A DNA stretch of 64,000 nt, from IMG/VR virus record IMGVR_UViG_3300047320_000285, positions 1 through 64,000 of that record, one strand, 5' to 3'. Under the pieces are notes generated by a model. The model worked only from the letters and a program-made list of their open reading frames with translations, made no database searches and was not told the origin of the DNA. Shown here piece by piece: positions 8,747 through 19,228 of this stretch. Position 1 is the stretch's first letter. Every line of letters starts with the position of its first letter. A program made the position numbers and the translations under genes.

Positions 8747-10573
8747 CTAGGCTGCTTGCTGGACGGCTTGAGAAGCCCCCAGTTGGGCTTTGAACGCATC
8801 GAGCATCGTAGGCATGTCCGGCGTACCGAAAAGCCCACAGCAGATCTCTACGGCGTTCACATGACCACTGCTGAGGTTAATCCCCTGCATCCGCTGCTGG
8901 ATCTCTGGCACGCCTTCAATCTTGCACAATTCCCGGAACGTCGTCTGCTTGGAAATGTTGAACACCGAGCCGCCATTCGGGTAGGAAGCCGAGACGTCCA
9001 AGTCAGCCACGTGCACGCGAATGTTGGTGCGCAGGTTGGGATCTTCCTCGATACAGCGCAGACCGTTATGCGCCACCAGATGCGCGGGCAAGGTGACGAT
9101 CCAGCCGTCCGGTCCCAAGGTCTTCTCATCCAGTTCAGAGGACATCTGATCCGAGGTACTACCAAAGACCTTCTGGTTCACCAGCGAGAAGTAGTGCAGC
9201 GCATCGGCCGTACGACGCGGTTGGGATTTGAAGGTCTCGAAGTCCGAACACCCACAGGCCAACGGCATGGCAAAGCGCAAGTCAGTGGTCTTCTCATCCA
9301 GCTCTTCCATCGAGATACAGTCCACCACGTTGTAGATGATGTACTCGATCTTGTAGTTGGATTGCATGAAGATGTGCCAGTCGAGCTTGACTAGGCCTTC
9401 GGCCTCCTCGAACTTGAGCTTACGGATACACTCTTCCTTGCCGAGCACATAATCCAGACCGTAGGACGGTAACTCCCCTTGCGCCACCCGGAGCTTGCGA
9501 TACACGCACATGGCGTCGATGAAATAGAACGATGCCGGACAGTAGACGGTATGCCACTGATCGGCAGGCTTGATCGGCATTTCCTTGCCCGAGGCCATCT
9601 TCTTTTTCTTCGGTCCCTGTTTGTAACGGAAGTATCGGTACTCTTTGGGCACCGACGGATCCGAGAACACCTCAGCCGGATCCATCCCCGCCCGCTCGAC
9701 CGCGCCGACAATAAACGGGATGTCGAAGTCGATGTTCCAGATTGCCACGAAGTCAGGCTTCCATGCGTGCGCACGCTTCATGCACTCGAGCACCACATCG
9801 ATTTCTCGGTCGACGATCAATAACTCCCACTCGATGCCGCGCTTCTCGATCAGGTTGACGATTTCCGTCTTGCCGTCCTTGTCCGTGACCTCCATCTTGC
9901 TCAGGTACTTGTAGAGCGCTTCGTGGCCGCGCCGCTCCGCATCCGCTGTACCTTCCAGATAATCCTTCTGTACCGCGGTGAAGACTTTCTTACCCATCGA
10001 CAAGGTGGCCATGATCACTTGGTTGGTGCCACGGACCACATCTTTTTCCGTATCGAACACTGCCACCGAATAGGGGGACTTCAGGCTCGGAAACTTGTCG
10101 AGGTAGGACTTCTTGATCACCGCGGTCGAGAGAATGTCCGAGCCGTACAGATACGGACTGCGCGCGATCTTGCGATACTCCTTACCGGCTTCCCACGGTG
10201 TGCCGAGGGCGCGCGCAATCGACTGGTTCTGATCGTGGCGGGTCGTCATGTATTTCTCGACCTTCTCGATGTCTTCCCATTCCTTCTTCTGCTGGTGATT
10301 GCGGTTGGCTTTCTTGGTCACCCAGAACGGCATACGGAAGTTCTTCAGCATGTGCAGCTGGCTTTCGGTGCGACCATCCGGGTAGTGGGCGATCTGCTTG
10401 ATCACGTGCAAATCCACGTTGCTACCTTGCGGGGCCGGGCAGTAGGTAGCAAAACGACATTCATAACCAATCGGCTTATTCGGGTCGATAACGGGTTCTG
10501 CTTTGACTTCGACCTGCGGTTCGACAATAGCGACGGGGCCAGACGGTTGTGTAATAACGGCGCTGACGATCAT
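8747..10573 (-). CDS. Split family-B DNA polymerase, 3'-5' exonuclease + motif A subunit (phiKZ gp82-like)
   Basis: ExoI VFDTEKD, ExoII WNIDFDIPF, ExoIII YNVVDC, polymerase motif A ADLDVSASYPN; ends before motifs B/C. Start at ATG 10573 after AAGGA. Confidence 0.85.
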   Translation of the reverse strand: MIVSAVITQPSGPVAIVEPQVEVKAEPVIDPNKPIGYECRFATYCPAPQGSNVDLHVIKQIAHYPDGRTESQLHMLKNFRMPFWVTKKANRNHQQKKEWEDIEKVEKYMTTRHDQNQSIARALGTPWEAGKEYRKIARSPYLYGSDILSTAVIKKSYLDKFPSLKSPYSVAVFDTEKDVVRGTNQVIMATLSMGKKVFTAVQKDYLEGTADAERRGHEALYKYLSKMEVTDKDGKTEIVNLIEKRGIEWELLIVDREIDVVLECMKRAHAWKPDFVAIWNIDFDIPFIVGAVERAGMDPAEVFSDPSVPKEYRYFRYKQGPKKKKMASGKEMPIKPADQWHTVYCPASFYFIDAMCVYRKLRVAQGELPSYGLDYVLGKEECIRKLKFEEAEGLVKLDWHIFMQSNYKIEYIIYNVVDCISMEELDEKTTDLRFAMPLACGCSDFETFKSQPRRTADALHYFSLVNQKVFGSTSDQMSSELDEKTLGPDGWIVTLPAHLVAHNGLRCIEEDPNLRTNIRVHVADLDVSASYPNGGSVFNISKQTTFRELCKIEGVPEIQQRMQGINLSSGHVNAVEICCGLFGTPDMPTMLDAFKAQLGASQAVQQAA

Positions 10574-10674
10574 GGGCTTTTTCCTTATCAATCAGTATGA
10601 CTTTGACTCAAACGATGTCCCAACGGGATATTTTTCAACGGACACTTTCCTCATGAGGCCAACGGGATCGAACC

Positions 10675-11967
10675 ATGAATAAGATTCTTGCAGCAGCGAT
10701 GGAGTCGATCGACTTCCAGAGCGGCGCTTTCTATGCCGAACTCACCGCAGCCTTCGAAGCGCTGTCGAAGATGAGCGAGGACCAGCTGCGCTATGAAGGG
10801 GACGATCCTGATGCCGCCAATGTGCTGCTTTCGTCGATCGTCAAGAACCACACCGGCCTGAACGTCAAGTTCATGCTGGGCGACACCTACCCCTGCGTGA
10901 TGATCCCCGAGATCAATCGCAACAACCCGTTGATCAACGACTTCGTCAAGAACTTCTTGGACAACAAGGACGGCGTCAAGTTTATCAAGGAAGCCAAGGG
11001 CTTTGCGCGCGGCACGGTGAACCTGAAGACCGGCCGGGTAACGGGGGTGTTTGCCGAAGTCGCGTCGACCATCTACCTGCCTACCAAGATGATTCGGGGT
11101 AGCAAGTACACCCCGGAAGAAAACGCCGCCGTGACGCTGCACGAAGTCGGTCACCTGTTCACCTACTACGAGTTTATCTCGCGCACGGTGCGCACCAACC
11201 AAGTGCTCGCCGGCGTGACGCGGGGTCTGGACCAGTCCGATACCCAAGCGCAGCGTGAAGTCGTGCTGATGACGGCCAAGCAAGCGCTGGATCTGCAGGA
11301 CATGGATGTCGCCGAAGTCGCCAAGATCACCAACTCGAAGGTGGTGGAAGTGGTGATCATCACGTCGGTGATCAAGCAGACCCGTTCGGAGATCGGCACC
11401 AACATCTACGACAGCAACAACTTCGAGTTCCTCGCCGACCAGTATGCGTCGCGCCAAGGTGCGTCTCGTGCACTGGTGACGGGTCTGGACAAGTTGCATC
11501 GTCAGTTCGGTTCGATGTCGATGCGCAGCAACGGCATGTACCTGTTCATGGAAGGCGTAAAGCTCGTGCTGCTGGCGCTGACGGTGTTCGCCGTGACCAT
11601 GGGCCCGCACGCCTTCCTCGGCATCTTCATGCTGACGACGACCTTGCTGGCGAATGATGCGGCCGGTGACCCGACCTACGATCGGCCGGAAGTCCGCCTG
11701 AAGCGGGTGCGTAACGATCTGATCGAGCGCAGCAAGCAGAAGGATCTCGCGCCGGGCGAAGCCAAGCAGATCGCGGAAGACATCGTGGCCATCGAGAAGA
11801 TCCTCGAAGGGGTCAAGGATCGCTTCCAGTTGATCGGGCTGGTGACGCGTTACGTGTTCGGACTGGGCAAGGCCCGCTTCGAGGCGGAAGCCCTGCAACA
11901 AGAACTCGAAAGCCTCGTGGCCAACAACCTCTTCGGTCGGGCCAACGACCTGAAGGCCGTGGCTTAA
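10675..11967 (+). CDS. Virion protein with M48-like zinc metallopeptidase motifs and a hydrophobic hairpin (430 aa)
   Basis: TLHEVGH (HExxH), EFLADQYA..QG...LVTGLDKL, hydrophobic stretch VKLVLLALTVFAVTMGPHAFLGIFMLTTTLLA, N-terminal AME putative maturation site. Confidence 0.7.
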   Translation: MNKILAAAMESIDFQSGAFYAELTAAFEALSKMSEDQLRYEGDDPDAANVLLSSIVKNHTGLNVKFMLGDTYPCVMIPEINRNNPLINDFVKNFLDNKDGVKFIKEAKGFARGTVNLKTGRVTGVFAEVASTIYLPTKMIRGSKYTPEENAAVTLHEVGHLFTYYEFISRTVRTNQVLAGVTRGLDQSDTQAQREVVLMTAKQALDLQDMDVAEVAKITNSKVVEVVIITSVIKQTRSEIGTNIYDSNNFEFLADQYASRQGASRALVTGLDKLHRQFGSMSMRSNGMYLFMEGVKLVLLALTVFAVTMGPHAFLGIFMLTTTLLANDAAGDPTYDRPEVRLKRVRNDLIERSKQKDLAPGEAKQIAEDIVAIEKILEGVKDRFQLIGLVTRYVFGLGKARFEAEALQQELESLVANNLFGRANDLKAVA

Positions 11968-11991
11968 CTCTTACCCGCAACAGGATCCAAC

Positions 11992-12462
11992 ATGAATCTC
12001 AAGTTCAACGAACTCAACCGACTGGCGCAGTCGTTGCCGGTCGACACCACGATCCGCTCCAAGGTGATCGCCTGTGGCGTGGCGCTGGCGCTGGCTTACA
12101 AGCTGCCGTTGCCCACCGGCCCGGTCACGGACCCGGACAACTTTTACAACATGCAGGTCTCGACGCTGGTGAACGATCCGTTCTCCGAGATCAACGAATC
12201 GGTGGTGCTCGATTTGCGCGCAGCCGTGGAATACTGCCGGGTGTTCTGGCTGCAACGCAATGCGGCCGCCCACGGGGGGCCGCAATTCGCCTTCGCCGAG
12301 AATAGCCCGTACGGCTTTGTCGACACGGTGGCCGCCGCTGGCGTCTATATGGGTGACGCGATGCACTGCTTCGTCAATGAGCAGAAGATCGGCATCTATC
12401 GCGTGCGTAACCTCGTGTGGAACCTGCTGGGTGATTACTGCAATGAGGTGATCAATGGCTGA
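11992..12462 (+). CDS. Conserved hypothetical/virion protein (156 aa)
   Basis: RBS CAGGA; operon with the flanking structural genes. Confidence 0.7.
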   Translation: MNLKFNELNRLAQSLPVDTTIRSKVIACGVALALAYKLPLPTGPVTDPDNFYNMQVSTLVNDPFSEINESVVLDLRAAVEYCRVFWLQRNAAAHGGPQFAFAENSPYGFVDTVAAAGVYMGDAMHCFVNEQKIGIYRVRNLVWNLLGDYCNEVING

Positions 12463-13942
12463 TCCGACCGCCGGCAATGAGGCGGCGCTCAACGAACCGG
12501 ACGAGTCCAGCCTGAATAGCGGGCTGGGTGACGACGATCAGGTTGAGCAGTCGCCTGTCGATCAAGCGCTGCAGTTCGAAAAGACCTATCGGGGCTTGCA
12601 AAACGACGACATCTTCCAAGCCCCGATCGTGCCGGGTGAAGTGCCTGACCTGAAAGACGACGTCAAGCTGATCGCCTCGGATGAGAATGCGCTGGAAGAC
12701 CTGCAGTTCCTGATGGCTGACATGAAGCGCGTCGGTGGTATGTGTCAAGCCTTTGCGCTGGAAGCCGAGCGGGTGGCGCCCGGTGTGATGGGTGTGCCGG
12801 CCGGCTACTTCACCAAGGCACCGACTTCGACCCGTTACAAGATCGCTACCGAAAACCTCTTCGCCAAGGTGTGGGAGTTTATCAAGCAGGCGATCCAGAA
12901 GCTGCGCGATGGTCTGAAGAAGATCATCTACTGGCTGATCGGCAAGAAGGACGACAAGGGTGACCCGGAAGCCCTGAAGCGCGAGAACGCGGAAGCCACC
13001 AAGAAGGCCGACGACGTCGCCAAGGAAGGCGAGAAGGCGACCGACGACGTGGCTGCAGCGGCGATCAATGTCTCGAACGCCGTCAAGCATGGTGTTGAGT
13101 TCAAAGAGAACGGCGGCACCCAGCAGTACTCCAGCATGGACCGCATCATCGGCGAAGCGCTCGGTGGCCAGAACGACCATGTGCGCAAGTTCATGGCCGG
13201 GCAAGACTCGATCTTCAGTGATCTGGTGAATCAGGGCAGCTACTTCAAGTTCCTGATGGAGACCAACAAGGTGGTGATGCCCGCTGCTACGGCGTTGCAA
13301 ACCAAGATTGGGGAGTCGGCCAATCTGATCAAGACCTTGATCGCCTCCGAAGGCCAGACTGCCAGTGTGGTGCAGGGCGACACGTTGCGTAAGCTGGCGG
13401 AACCGATTAGCTTCAAGGTCGGGGCGCAGTCGATGAATCTGTCGCAGTATCTGGAGCATCTGCGCACGCAACAATCGGAAGCGGAGAAGACCCAGCAACA
13501 GATGCGCGAGTTCGATGAAGTCTTCACGGCGTTGTCGCAGGCGTTCCGGCAACGGCTGGTGTACGAACTGAACCGCTTTGTTGAAGCGGGCACGTCGACC
13601 CTGATCGATGCCGAGGAAGTGCTGCGGGAAGTTGAGGAACAGCTGACCAAGGCCTCGGCGCAGGAACACACGGCGGAGTCCAATGTCGACTGGCACAAGA
13701 CCATCCATGCGTTGCGCACCGACATCACCGATCTGTCGGCGATCCTGATGCACGTCAAGACCTACCGCACGCAAGTCACCGTGATGCTGGTAGATCTGAT
13801 GGAGTTTGCCTACGATGTTGCCGAAGCCATCATGAAGCGACTGACGGGTGAATCGAACCATCAGGTCACGGAGACCGTGCAGATGCTGGCGAAGGAAGCC
13901 AAGCATTACCGCGATAACCTCGCCAAGATGGGACGCATCTAA
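12455..13942 (+). CDS. Internal head protein with acidic propeptide (495 aa)
   Basis: Acidic N-terminus, ALE/ATE sites followed by the LFAKVWEFIKQAIQKL amphipathic helix typical of phiKZ-like processed head proteins. Confidence 0.75.
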   Translation: MADPTAGNEAALNEPDESSLNSGLGDDDQVEQSPVDQALQFEKTYRGLQNDDIFQAPIVPGEVPDLKDDVKLIASDENALEDLQFLMADMKRVGGMCQAFALEAERVAPGVMGVPAGYFTKAPTSTRYKIATENLFAKVWEFIKQAIQKLRDGLKKIIYWLIGKKDDKGDPEALKRENAEATKKADDVAKEGEKATDDVAAAAINVSNAVKHGVEFKENGGTQQYSSMDRIIGEALGGQNDHVRKFMAGQDSIFSDLVNQGSYFKFLMETNKVVMPAATALQTKIGESANLIKTLIASEGQTASVVQGDTLRKLAEPISFKVGAQSMNLSQYLEHLRTQQSEAEKTQQQMREFDEVFTALSQAFRQRLVYELNRFVEAGTSTLIDAEEVLREVEEQLTKASAQEHTAESNVDWHKTIHALRTDITDLSAILMHVKTYRTQVTVMLVDLMEFAYDVAEAIMKRLTGESNHQVTETVQMLAKEAKHYRDNLAKMGRI

Positions 13943-13950
13943 CGGTGCGG

Positions 13951-13986
13951 CATAGGGAGAGGCCTCACGGCCTCTCCCGTCTTATG
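13951..13986. terminator. Bidirectional hairpin between convergent operons
   Basis: cata-gggagaggcc-tcac-ggcctctccc-gtcttatg, then ttctttttct. Confidence 0.8.
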
Positions 13987-14001
13987 CCGGTTCTTTTTCT
14001 T

Positions 14002-16926
14002 TTAATTACCCGACGGGTTCGGATCGTACGGCACGAACACCACCGTCACCGCTTCGGCGACGATCAGCGAGTTATCGCCTTGCGCCACCAGCACCTTCTT
14101 CAACCCACAGCGCGTCGAGTCATCCACCACCGTGAACACCGGCATGTTGACCGCCCCGGTGACGATCGCCAACTGCTGGGCAATCACGTCGCTGCCGAAC
14201 ACCGACTTCAGTGCGTCGAGTGCCACGTCAATCGCAAAGGTCGGATTCTGCAACTGCGCCTGCAGCGTGTTGATCGCCGCCGTGGTGAGCTGGGTAGTCA
14301 GGTCGGTGTTTTGCGTGGTCTGCGGGCTGACGTAGAGTGTGAGCTGGAACGACTGCCCAGCCGGCACGCCCACCTTCAGACCATTCTGATTGATGACGTA
14401 GATGTCACCCATCGTGGCTTGCGGATAGAAGAAGATCTCGGTCTGCTCCAACAGGATCTGCTGCAACGGCACCAGATCGTTGAGCAACCACGACAGCACC
14501 GTATTCACCAGCTCCTGACGATAACCGGTGGCCGCCGAGTCCGTCGCAAAGAAGTACGCCCCCTCGATCAACATCAGATCGAGTTGCCGCTCCAGATCGC
14601 GCTGACCGCCGGGCACCGGGATACCGGAGGCATCCGTTACCACGTCCCCGGCATGATGATCAATGATCGGCTGACCATTGGCATCGAGCTGCGGATCGCC
14701 CTTGTGGTGGAGAATCGTCATGGTCGGTTGACCATCCACAAAGGTGATGTACGACCCGTTGGCATCCGTTTGGTAGATGTCTTCGGTGTACAGGCGCGGT
14801 ACATCGGTGGCATACGTCTGGTACGGAATCGCTCCAATCACCGAGCGCGCCCGCGCCCACAGTGTCGTCAGGGAACTCCCAAACTGCAGACGGATCTTCT
14901 CCCACTGAATCCCCACCGAGGTGGTTGGAATCAGGAACAACCCCAGCATCTGATCGAACGGCTTGGACTTGTAGGTCGCCGGGTCCATCGGCGCGGAGGT
15001 CGAGTAGAGCAGATTGAACTGCGTCGTCAGGGCGGCTTTGACGATCCGCGCATCCGTGGTGAACATGAAGAACTTGCTCAGCTCCATGTCGTCATTGCTG
15101 TCGATGTTAAACGTGGTCGACAGGTCAAACGTGAACACCCGCTCGCCTGAGGTCGGGTCCAGCCCTTGCAGCACGCCGTTGACGTAGGCTGGATCCTGCT
15201 CCCCTACCGGCACGAAGGCCAGCTGCACCGCCACCTGATTATCCGCCAGTGCTTTGTAGGCAGCCGAGGACGCCGTCTTGACCACCAGCTGATAGCCGGT
15301 GCTGGTGCGCTGCAGCTGGTAAGCCCCGGTCGACACCTGCAAGCCGGTGGTGTCGTTGTCGTCCTGAAAGATCGTGGTGATCGCACTGGGCGCGTCGAGG
15401 TAGTACGGCCGCAGGGCAAACTCGACACCCGTTGTGTCCAGCACGTAATGCCACGGTGTGTAGAAGAAGTCGTACGAGTTCACCCCCAAGGCCCGTTGGC
15501 TGGGGGCCAGTGCCAACAACGCCGCGACTTCCGAAGCCGGCGCGACCTGAATCACTCCATTCACGTTCTTGTAGATCGTGTCGGGGGTAATCGTCATACT
15601 CGCGCCGTTATCCACCACGGTGGTGAGGGCGGCGAGCTGCGACATCGAGGTGGTGATCGTCTCGATACTGGCTGCCGCTGCCGTGATTAGTTCCGGGTTG
15701 GTCGGCGTTGGCATCGGCTTGGTGGCCAGATACGTCCGGTTGGTGATATTGTCAACGTTCTTGACAATCGAGTAGCCGTTCTCGTTTAACTTCGCCTGAA
15801 TCTGCGCCGGGGTAATCGGGAGATTGATCGGCCCGGTGGCGTTGTTAATCACTCGCTCGCGCAGGGTCGCAAAGTCCAAGGCCGCGGCCCCACCCAGCGT
15901 GACGGCGTCGCCCATGATCTGGACGATCTGCAAGGAGTTCATCGGTGCCGTGAAGGCCGTCAGATCGTTGCTGTCCACGGCTGTCCACTTGGCGGTGAAG
16001 GCACTCGACGGATACGCGCCCATATCCACCGAGATGTCACCCTGCGTCTCGTAGAAGTCGCAACGGATCTTGGTCGACCCCAGCTGCCCGCTGGTCATGT
16101 AGATGTTCGGGATGGTCACGGTCACCACCTGACCCGTGACCGCAATTACCGCCGTTGGCTTGGTGACATCGAACACTTCCGGCGTCATGGTCGTCAGCAT
16201 CTCGGTCCACGTGCCATCGCTATTCTGAAACCACACCCGGGTGAAGTAATAGCTGAAGGTCAACTGGAAGACCATCTTGAACGTCTGCGCGACGGTGGCC
16301 GGTGCCGTCTGCGAGGTCAAGGTCATTTGGTACAGCGGGATCTCGAAATACAGCATGTCGATTCCCGACACCCGACGGATTTCCCAGTTAATCACGTTGG
16401 TCGTCAGTGCCTGCAGGGGCGTGACTTCGGTGGCATCGTACATCACCTGCAAACCACCGTGCTGCAACTGACGGATCTGGATCGGGTACTGTAGCGTGAA
16501 TACAATGCCGGCCACTGTGACCGTCGAGTTACGCGGGATCACCAGCATCGAAATGCCAGTCGTCGGATCCACCACCATCTTGCCGACCAGCTCATCTTTC
16601 GAGAACGCAAAGCCCAGCGTAGTGGTGGAGGGTTTGGCGAAGATGTCGATGTAATCCCAGTCGCTCATGTGCGGATACAGATCGGTGGGCGTTTGCGCCA
16701 CACTCGGATACTGCAAGCGGGTCCGCGTCTGGTCTTTGGCCATCGCCCCACTGGTCATCACCGCTGCCATCTCCATCGAGAAGACAAACGGATTGGATGC
16801 ATCGACCACATCGACCTGACCATTGAGCAGCACGTTCAGGTAGTCCAGCGCGTCCTTCTGGATCAGCGCAGGTTGATACTGATAACCCGCCATGTTGTCG
16901 AGAAATGCGGAAAGAGAGTCTGCCAT
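14002..16926 (-). CDS. Large virion structural protein, probable baseplate component (974 aa; gp87-like by synteny)
   Basis: Start at ATG 16926 (MADSLSAF); beta-rich; GGAAALDFATLRERVI resembles the baseplate wedge G..D.E....LR.R motif. Confidence 0.7.
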   Translation of the reverse strand: MADSLSAFLDNMAGYQYQPALIQKDALDYLNVLLNGQVDVVDASNPFVFSMEMAAVMTSGAMAKDQTRTRLQYPSVAQTPTDLYPHMSDWDYIDIFAKPSTTTLGFAFSKDELVGKMVVDPTTGISMLVIPRNSTVTVAGIVFTLQYPIQIRQLQHGGLQVMYDATEVTPLQALTTNVINWEIRRVSGIDMLYFEIPLYQMTLTSQTAPATVAQTFKMVFQLTFSYYFTRVWFQNSDGTWTEMLTTMTPEVFDVTKPTAVIAVTGQVVTVTIPNIYMTSGQLGSTKIRCDFYETQGDISVDMGAYPSSAFTAKWTAVDSNDLTAFTAPMNSLQIVQIMGDAVTLGGAAALDFATLRERVINNATGPINLPITPAQIQAKLNENGYSIVKNVDNITNRTYLATKPMPTPTNPELITAAAASIETITTSMSQLAALTTVVDNGASMTITPDTIYKNVNGVIQVAPASEVAALLALAPSQRALGVNSYDFFYTPWHYVLDTTGVEFALRPYYLDAPSAITTIFQDDNDTTGLQVSTGAYQLQRTSTGYQLVVKTASSAAYKALADNQVAVQLAFVPVGEQDPAYVNGVLQGLDPTSGERVFTFDLSTTFNIDSNDDMELSKFFMFTTDARIVKAALTTQFNLLYSTSAPMDPATYKSKPFDQMLGLFLIPTTSVGIQWEKIRLQFGSSLTTLWARARSVIGAIPYQTYATDVPRLYTEDIYQTDANGSYITFVDGQPTMTILHHKGDPQLDANGQPIIDHHAGDVVTDASGIPVPGGQRDLERQLDLMLIEGAYFFATDSAATGYRQELVNTVLSWLLNDLVPLQQILLEQTEIFFYPQATMGDIYVINQNGLKVGVPAGQSFQLTLYVSPQTTQNTDLTTQLTTAAINTLQAQLQNPTFAIDVALDALKSVFGSDVIAQQLAIVTGAVNMPVFTVVDDSTRCGLKKVLVAQGDNSLIVAEAVTVVFVPYDPNPSGN

Positions 16927-16940
16927 GTCTGTCGTCCGTG

Positions 16941-18068
16941 TTAGCTTGCGGCCTGTACTTGTACCGTTTGTGCCTGTTGCTGCTGCACGAGGGGCAAGCG
17001 GGTGTTGAAGTCCTGCGTATCCACCCACCACTCCAGTTCGTAGGTGATCGGGTTAATGCGCGGATAGCCTCGGTTATTGAAAATAGGCAGTGCCGCCAGT
17101 GGCACTTTGGTGTAATACGGGTTGGTCTGGTTGGGCGGCTTGCCGGTGAACTTGCCCGCCTGCATACCGTCGTTAAACAGTCCCGTGGTGCGGTTAAACT
17201 CATCGACCAGAATGTCGTCCATGTACATCACCCCATTACTGTGGAAGGTAATGGCGATCTGCGAGTTGTTCTGGTTGATCGGATGGTCGGCGTCGTGGTT
17301 AATCGCCGCCCCATACGGCGCGTTGGTCGGGTAGCTCGCACCGGTCGCGGCAATCTTGGTGACAAAGCGTCGCGAGGGATCGAGCACCAGCCGGTAGATC
17401 CGGCTCATGTAGTCGATTTCATTGGCCAGCAGTGCGTCCGGATAGGGGATAATCATGCCACGATAGACCAGTGACGAGTACCACAGCCACGTCATCATCA
17501 TCAGGAGAATCGGGTCACCCGGGATGTTGCGGAAAGTGGCTGTAATATCGTATGTCCCGTATTGCTCGACGACACTGTCGACGAAACTATATGACTCTTT
17601 GGCGACCCCTTCATGAGACGTAAAAGATTGCACCTCCACATCCGGCCAACCGGTGCAGGACAGGAGCGTGTTAGTCAGCAACGGAATGAAGGCTTGCTGG
17701 GGATCCACAAAGTCGCTCGAGACGCCTTGGCTTTGCGCCAACGTTGGATCCAGCAGACACCGGACGATACGCTGGTAGCTGTTGGGAATAATGGACAGCA
17801 GTGGTCCGAATTGACGAACCGTGCGGATATTATCCGGCGACAAGTTCATTCGTGGCCGGGTGAAAAACGTGAGACCGTAGTAATCACGATTGATCCCGAT
17901 CGACCCGGGCGTCTGACGGTGGTTGATACCGTAGATGTTATCCCCGATAGCACTCTGAATCGAGCCGACCGAGGTTTGTTGCCAGACCTGTTCAACAGCC
18001 GGAGCCAACAACTTGCCGTTGGCTTGGTAGAAGGCCTCAGCTGTATCGATGAGGTACGGATCAGCCAT
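16941..18068 (-). CDS. Virion structural protein, tail-tube/baseplate-like (375 aa; gp88-like by synteny)
   Basis: YGLTFFTRPRMNLS motif; operon with the baseplate gene. Confidence 0.7.
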   Translation of the reverse strand: MADPYLIDTAEAFYQANGKLLAPAVEQVWQQTSVGSIQSAIGDNIYGINHRQTPGSIGINRDYYGLTFFTRPRMNLSPDNIRTVRQFGPLLSIIPNSYQRIVRCLLDPTLAQSQGVSSDFVDPQQAFIPLLTNTLLSCTGWPDVEVQSFTSHEGVAKESYSFVDSVVEQYGTYDITATFRNIPGDPILLMMMTWLWYSSLVYRGMIIPYPDALLANEIDYMSRIYRLVLDPSRRFVTKIAATGASYPTNAPYGAAINHDADHPINQNNSQIAITFHSNGVMYMDDILVDEFNRTTGLFNDGMQAGKFTGKPPNQTNPYYTKVPLAALPIFNNRGYPRINPITYELEWWVDTQDFNTRLPLVQQQQAQTVQVQAAS

Positions 18069-18105
18069 TTTGTATCCCTTTTTTCAATTTCATTAGGAAG
18101 CGCTC

Positions 18106-19200
18106 ATGTCCAACAATTTCCAAAGCCTGCAGGACGCCGTGCGGACTTGCGTCGACGCGTGGAAGGCGGGTCGTACCGACAGCTTGATCGATTTTACCAA
18201 GCCCACCCGGGTCGAGCCCGTGGCACTGGTCGATGCGGCGGTGCTGCACAACGACATGTTGCCCGAAGTCATGCAGTCGTTGCTGTCGATTTTCACCGGT
18301 TACTACTTGCAAGCCATCTCGGTGATGGCCACGGTCGGCAACGTCCAGGTGCTGCGCCAGCTCGATCGCCTGAACCCCGAGCGCGATCTGCTCGAGAACG
18401 TCGCCTCGAGCAACTACTTCGTGATGGCGAAGGAGAACTACGTCGACCGCCTGCCGATGCCGCTGCGTTCCACGGCCCTCGAAGCCGATGACGTGCAGGC
18501 AGAAAAAGACGTCGCTGCCCTCGGCGTCACCAAGGACGCGATTGCGTCGGCTAAGGAGTTGTCGAACCTCTCCGTGGGTAAGCTCCTGAATGTGGAAATT
18601 CAGGATGGCGGGCAGAAACAAAGCATCACCGTGAACGTGCGGGTGATTGCGTCCAGCGTACCCACAAAGGCGCTGATTCATATCTTGACGCTCGACGGCG
18701 AAGACAAAGGCTGGAAGGACCGCATGCGCGGCTTTTTCAGTGGTCGTCTGAAGGGCATCCGCGACATGGTGTTCTGCCAAGACCTGATCGATGCGCACCG
18801 CAAGAACCTGATCGCGGATAAGGACGGGGCTTATACGACCATCAGCAAGCGCGCCAGTGGCAATGCGTTGTCGACGATCGTCTCGGGCGGCGGTAACTCG
18901 TCCGTGGCGACGGCGTCGAACATGGTGGTGATGAGCGAGGCCTCGGCACAAGAACTCGAACTGTCGATGGCCGGCCGTCTGTCGGAGTTCCATGCGCGTG
19001 AAAAGATGCTGCGTGAAACGACCATCATGCTGATGGCAGTGATCGATCCGATGTTTGACCGTGTCACGATCTACCATCGCGGGATTGCCCAGCCGACCGA
19101 AGTGGGTCTGCGTGATCTGAAGGTGGCCAACAAGGGTAGCGGCCCCGACGTGGGCGACATCCTGAAAGCTTATCAAGTCGGCGCGGCTCCTGCGCTGTAA
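18106..19200 (+). CDS. Head/inner-body protein (364 aa; gp89-like)
   Basis: Internal STALE maturation-type site; synteny; strong codon bias. Confidence 0.7.
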   Translation: MSNNFQSLQDAVRTCVDAWKAGRTDSLIDFTKPTRVEPVALVDAAVLHNDMLPEVMQSLLSIFTGYYLQAISVMATVGNVQVLRQLDRLNPERDLLENVASSNYFVMAKENYVDRLPMPLRSTALEADDVQAEKDVAALGVTKDAIASAKELSNLSVGKLLNVEIQDGGQKQSITVNVRVIASSVPTKALIHILTLDGEDKGWKDRMRGFFSGRLKGIRDMVFCQDLIDAHRKNLIADKDGAYTTISKRASGNALSTIVSGGGNSSVATASNMVVMSEASAQELELSMAGRLSEFHAREKMLRETTIMLMAVIDPMFDRVTIYHRGIAQPTEVGLRDLKVANKGSGPDVGDILKAYQVGAAPAL

Positions 19201-19228
19201 CTGCTACCAACAAGACCAAGGTCGTGCA

